From: Botryllus schlosseri
Taxonomy: Eukaryota
Direction: 5' to 3'
Assembly: GCA_051294905.1 (NCBI GenBank)
Contig: CM119386.1
Span: forward strand, 22,320,001-22,384,000
DNA length: 64,000 bases
Of the stretch, positions 62,201 through 64,000 are shown piece after piece. The notes under the pieces are model-generated. The model did no database searches. It saw only the letters and a program-made list of their open reading frames with translations, and was not told the origin of the DNA. The position numbers and the translations under genes were made by a program. Position 1 is the first letter of the stretch; each line of letters opens with the position of its first letter.

Positions 62201-63596
62201 CCGCCTGACGAAGCGTGTAACGATATATCGCCTGAGCAGTCTCGGGTTAATTCAGCACTGCGAGAACGCTATGGCGGCTATTTCAGGATCTGGGCTGAAA
62301 ATATTACCTTTTTCCAGGCAACCACCTTTTGATATGAAAGAAAAACTTTTCTTTCGCAGATTTGAGTATACTTGTTCTTGTTTAATCAAGCGGCCACGAA
62401 ATGGAAAAATGTTGCATTTATCAATATTTTACTCCGGTTTTGAAAATTCTCCATAATATATATTGCTACAGCTCGCTCCACGGGAAGGTTAGGGCACACT
62501 GCATTAAAACAGCCGCGACGTACCGTCCTTAGTCTATACTCACAACTTTCCTGCAATTGTATAATTAAAAACTCCGTAGTCCAAGCGAAGCAAGAGTCTT
62601 TTCAAAATATAGGCGTCATTCTTTATCATGTATCGATTTATTACTATAATTGTTGGGGCCGAACGATGGCGATATCGACGCCGCACGCGGCTCTGAGGGA
62701 CTTGGTTGGAAATCACTGATCTAGGCACTGGGTATTTAGATTTGACGACGCACCCGAGCGACGATCGAGCGCACCAATGAATTTACTATCCAGTCAATTC
62801 AGTATTTGTTATGATAGTCGAGTCCTCACTATGACTTGCGAAGTGAAGTCAATGTTGCAATATTTAGTATGGGGCAAAGAGAGAAACTTCACTTCAGCAT
62901 GTGACTTCATACCGGGTCATAACCCATTCACACGACACTATATTTTTATAGGCTTTATTTAATGTAATCGACTCATTGCTAATTACCCGATTGAGACGAT
63001 TCGGATTCAAATATCATTCTTGAACATGTGAATTGAGTCTGAGCGAGTCGTTTTTAAATCCCCACAGAGACGAGTTGAAGTAACTTGTCCTTTGTTCATG
63101 GTATTATGTAGTCGGACCTAGTTCTTTCGATTTCCTATGTAGACGAGTCCTAGCGATGGCGCCGCAAACTCGTGATGTAGCCAGGTCGTGACATGTCCGT
63201 GCGAGGTAATCAGCAACGGCGGGAAATGGTCGTAGAGTGAACGCGTAGTTGGTATGAGGACCACATAGGTGAGCAACGGTCAGACTGACAGCAAGGTATA
63301 CGTATTCGCGAACGGTCTGCGACAGCGTGATAATCACATTTCGGCGTGTATTATACAGCTAATGGTGTAGATCGTTGCTAGATGCAGTTGTGTTAAAGAG
63401 TTAAATCCGTCAGGAATATCAGCAGTACCACGCACCGCGAAACCGGCGTAGGACATAAATTTGAAGCTGTGTTGTGCACGTCTCGTGCAACCAGTGCAAA
63501 AGCTGATAACCATCTCGCTGTCGCTGTCCCGTTACGTTTGGCGAATGTCAGTCGCGTTTCTGTTACAGACTATAGCCTCGTACACACATATGTTAG

Positions 63597-63929
63597 AGCG
63601 AAGACTGGGCAATGAACGGGATCTATGGTCGCGATGTCAACGGAAACATTGTCAAGAGAACACAGTGGGGCCTGGGGTAATGACGTGACGTTCCTTGTCG
63701 CCAACTTTGTGTATGACTGCAATTCATGTTCGTGTTACAGTGATGCTGGTGGAAATCCTGAGGTGCCTGCCGAGGGCGCCATTGCCGACGAACCGCGAAG
63801 GTGTGTTAACAGGCTACACACGCTGTATTTTGTTCACGTACTTTTAAATACTTGCAGTGGTGACGATTCCCCGTCCAATTCGATCGGGAGCTCTGTTGAT
63901 GGTACCGCGCTACCTTCAATGGACGACAG
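63597..63929 (+). CDS. Putative internal exons of an unidentified gene (acidic, low-complexity), continuing off the window
   Basis: Exons 63597-63676, 63741-63800 and 63858-63929 joined by 64- and 57-nt GT..AG introns (both phase 2) give the open frame SEDWAMNGIYGRDVNGNIVKRTQWGLGDAGGNPEVPAEGAIADEPRSGDDSPSNSIGSSVDGTALPSMDD. Confidence 0.4.
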
Positions 63930-64000
63930 GTACATCTCTAAAGCTCGCTGTCACGCACGCGGTAATAGCGGTCATCGTAAATATCCGCCTTCTTTATTGT

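Overview
Eukaryotic, animal-like non-coding-rich DNA with short GT-AG introns, hAT MITEs, L2/CR1 LINE fragments and a tRNA-derived SINE. There is no operon structure, CRISPR array or rRNA/tRNA gene. Only three recognisable, apparently intact genes are present, and all three belong to DNA replication. (1) An intronless ribonucleotide reductase small subunit (895->1, minus, runs off the window; missing from the ORF track). (2) An intronless, N-terminally shortened, strongly divergent DNA polymerase alpha catalytic subunit (19050-22439). Its catalytic aspartates are intact, but it carries substitutions at known fidelity positions (motif A SLYP->SMYA, motif B NSxYG->NSVSG). (3) A virus-type superfamily-3 helicase which, read with short GT-AG introns, forms a spliced gene from 45058 to about 49833. 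Between them lie many nested non-autonomous hAT elements (several with perfect 8-bp TSDs) and several protein-like frames broken by sparse stops. There is also a ~293-bp tandem array whose units all restart at the apex of a 48-bp perfect palindrome. Working hypothesis (inference): a partly decayed or domesticated giant mobile or viral element carrying its own replication module with a possibly error-prone captured Pol alpha. The alternative is unrelated retrocopies plus an endogenous viral helicase in a TE-rich region.
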